A DNA stretch of 63,853 nt, counting the filler, from Folioceros fuciformis (taxonomy: Eukaryota), in NCBI GenBank assembly GCA_049999805.1. It is 24 parts of 24 records of this genome, joined end to end, with 100 filler letters (N's around TTAATTAATTAA, not from the genome) between each part and the next. Parts side by side here need not be neighbours in the genome. Positions count along the whole stretch, not along the records: positions 62,493 to 63,853 come from JBNGIO010007021.1; 23 more parts are not named here. One strand, 5' to 3'. The notes below the pieces were generated by a model. It saw only the letters and a list, made by a program, of their open reading frames with translations, searched no databases and was not told the DNA's origin. Below, piece by piece: positions 63,426-63,853 of the stretch; position 1 is the first letter of the stretch; each line of letters opens with the position of its first letter. The translations under genes and the position numbers were made by a program.

Positions 63426-63853
63426 ATGACGTCCTCCCCCCATCTCGTCTCCACCGAATGGCTGTCCGCCCGGCTCGGCGATCCCAATCTCGCAGTCGTG
63501 GATGGCTCCTGGCATCTGCCGGCCGCCAATCGCAACGCCTATGAGGAATACAAGGCTGCCCACATACCCGGGGCCGTGTTCTTCGATATCGACAGGATCG
63601 CCGATGCTTCGAGCGGTCTTCCGCACATGCTGCCGGGCGAACAGGCATTTGCCGAAGCGGTTGGAGCGCTCGGCATCAGGGAGACGCAGGACATCGTCGT
63701 GTACGATGGCGCCGGCCTGTTCTCCGCTCCGCGAGTATGGTGGACCTTCCGGATCTTCGGCGCTTCCAACGTCTTCATTCTCGATGGCGGATTTCCGGCC
63801 TGGACTGCAGAGAAGCGCCCCACCGAGAGCGGCATCCCGCAACGAACGTCGAC
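63426..63853 (+). CDS. sseA: 3-mercaptopyruvate sulfurtransferase (rhodanese), 3'-truncated; missing from the ORF track
   Basis: MTSSPHLVSTEWLSARLGDP...VDGSWHLP...HIPGAVFFDID.IAD...LPHMLP...VVYDGAGLFSAPRVWWTFR...LDGGFPAW. Confidence 0.92.
   Translation, partial: MTSSPHLVSTEWLSARLGDPNLAVVDGSWHLPAANRNAYEEYKAAHIPGAVFFDIDRIADASSGLPHMLPGEQAFAEAVGALGIRETQDIVVYDGAGLFSAPRVWWTFRIFGASNVFILDGGFPAWTAEKRPTESGIPQRTS

Noticed and set aside
63390..63842. Minus-strand 150-aa and 98-aa ORFs
   Set aside because: Shadows of plus-strand sseA, which the ORF track missed because it lacks a stop in the window.

Overview
This is not one locus. It is 24 unrelated short contigs (about 1.2-6.5 kb) joined by 23 artificial 100-nt linkers (44 N + TTAATTAATTAA + 44 N), so nothing can be inferred across a linker. 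Contigs 1-23 look like nuclear DNA of a seed-free land plant. The compact GC-rich genes with ~90-200 nt GT-AG introns, mixed with intronless genes, suggest a bryophyte, possibly a hornwort (inference). Recognisable genes are ATG8, PGRL1 (intronless), a CONSTANS-like gene, a Cys-less thioredoxin-fold membrane protein, a DWNN/RBBP6 E3 ligase, PMS1/PMS2 (intronless over the visible part), arogenate dehydratase, an alpha-carbonic anhydrase and a group-E bZIP. Between them lie decayed Ty1/copia and Ty3/gypsy elements, two pieces of CRE-like non-LTR retrotransposons and many minisatellites. Contig 24 is alphaproteobacterial (pgl 3' end, DUF4864-like gene, sseA 5' part). The most unexplained structure is contig 5: a ~2.75-kb tandem duplication in which each unit carries a repeat-rich leader and an intact, diverged two-exon orphan gene for a helical protein. 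No CRISPR array, tRNA or rRNA was found. All family calls come from motif recognition by eye, not from database searches.
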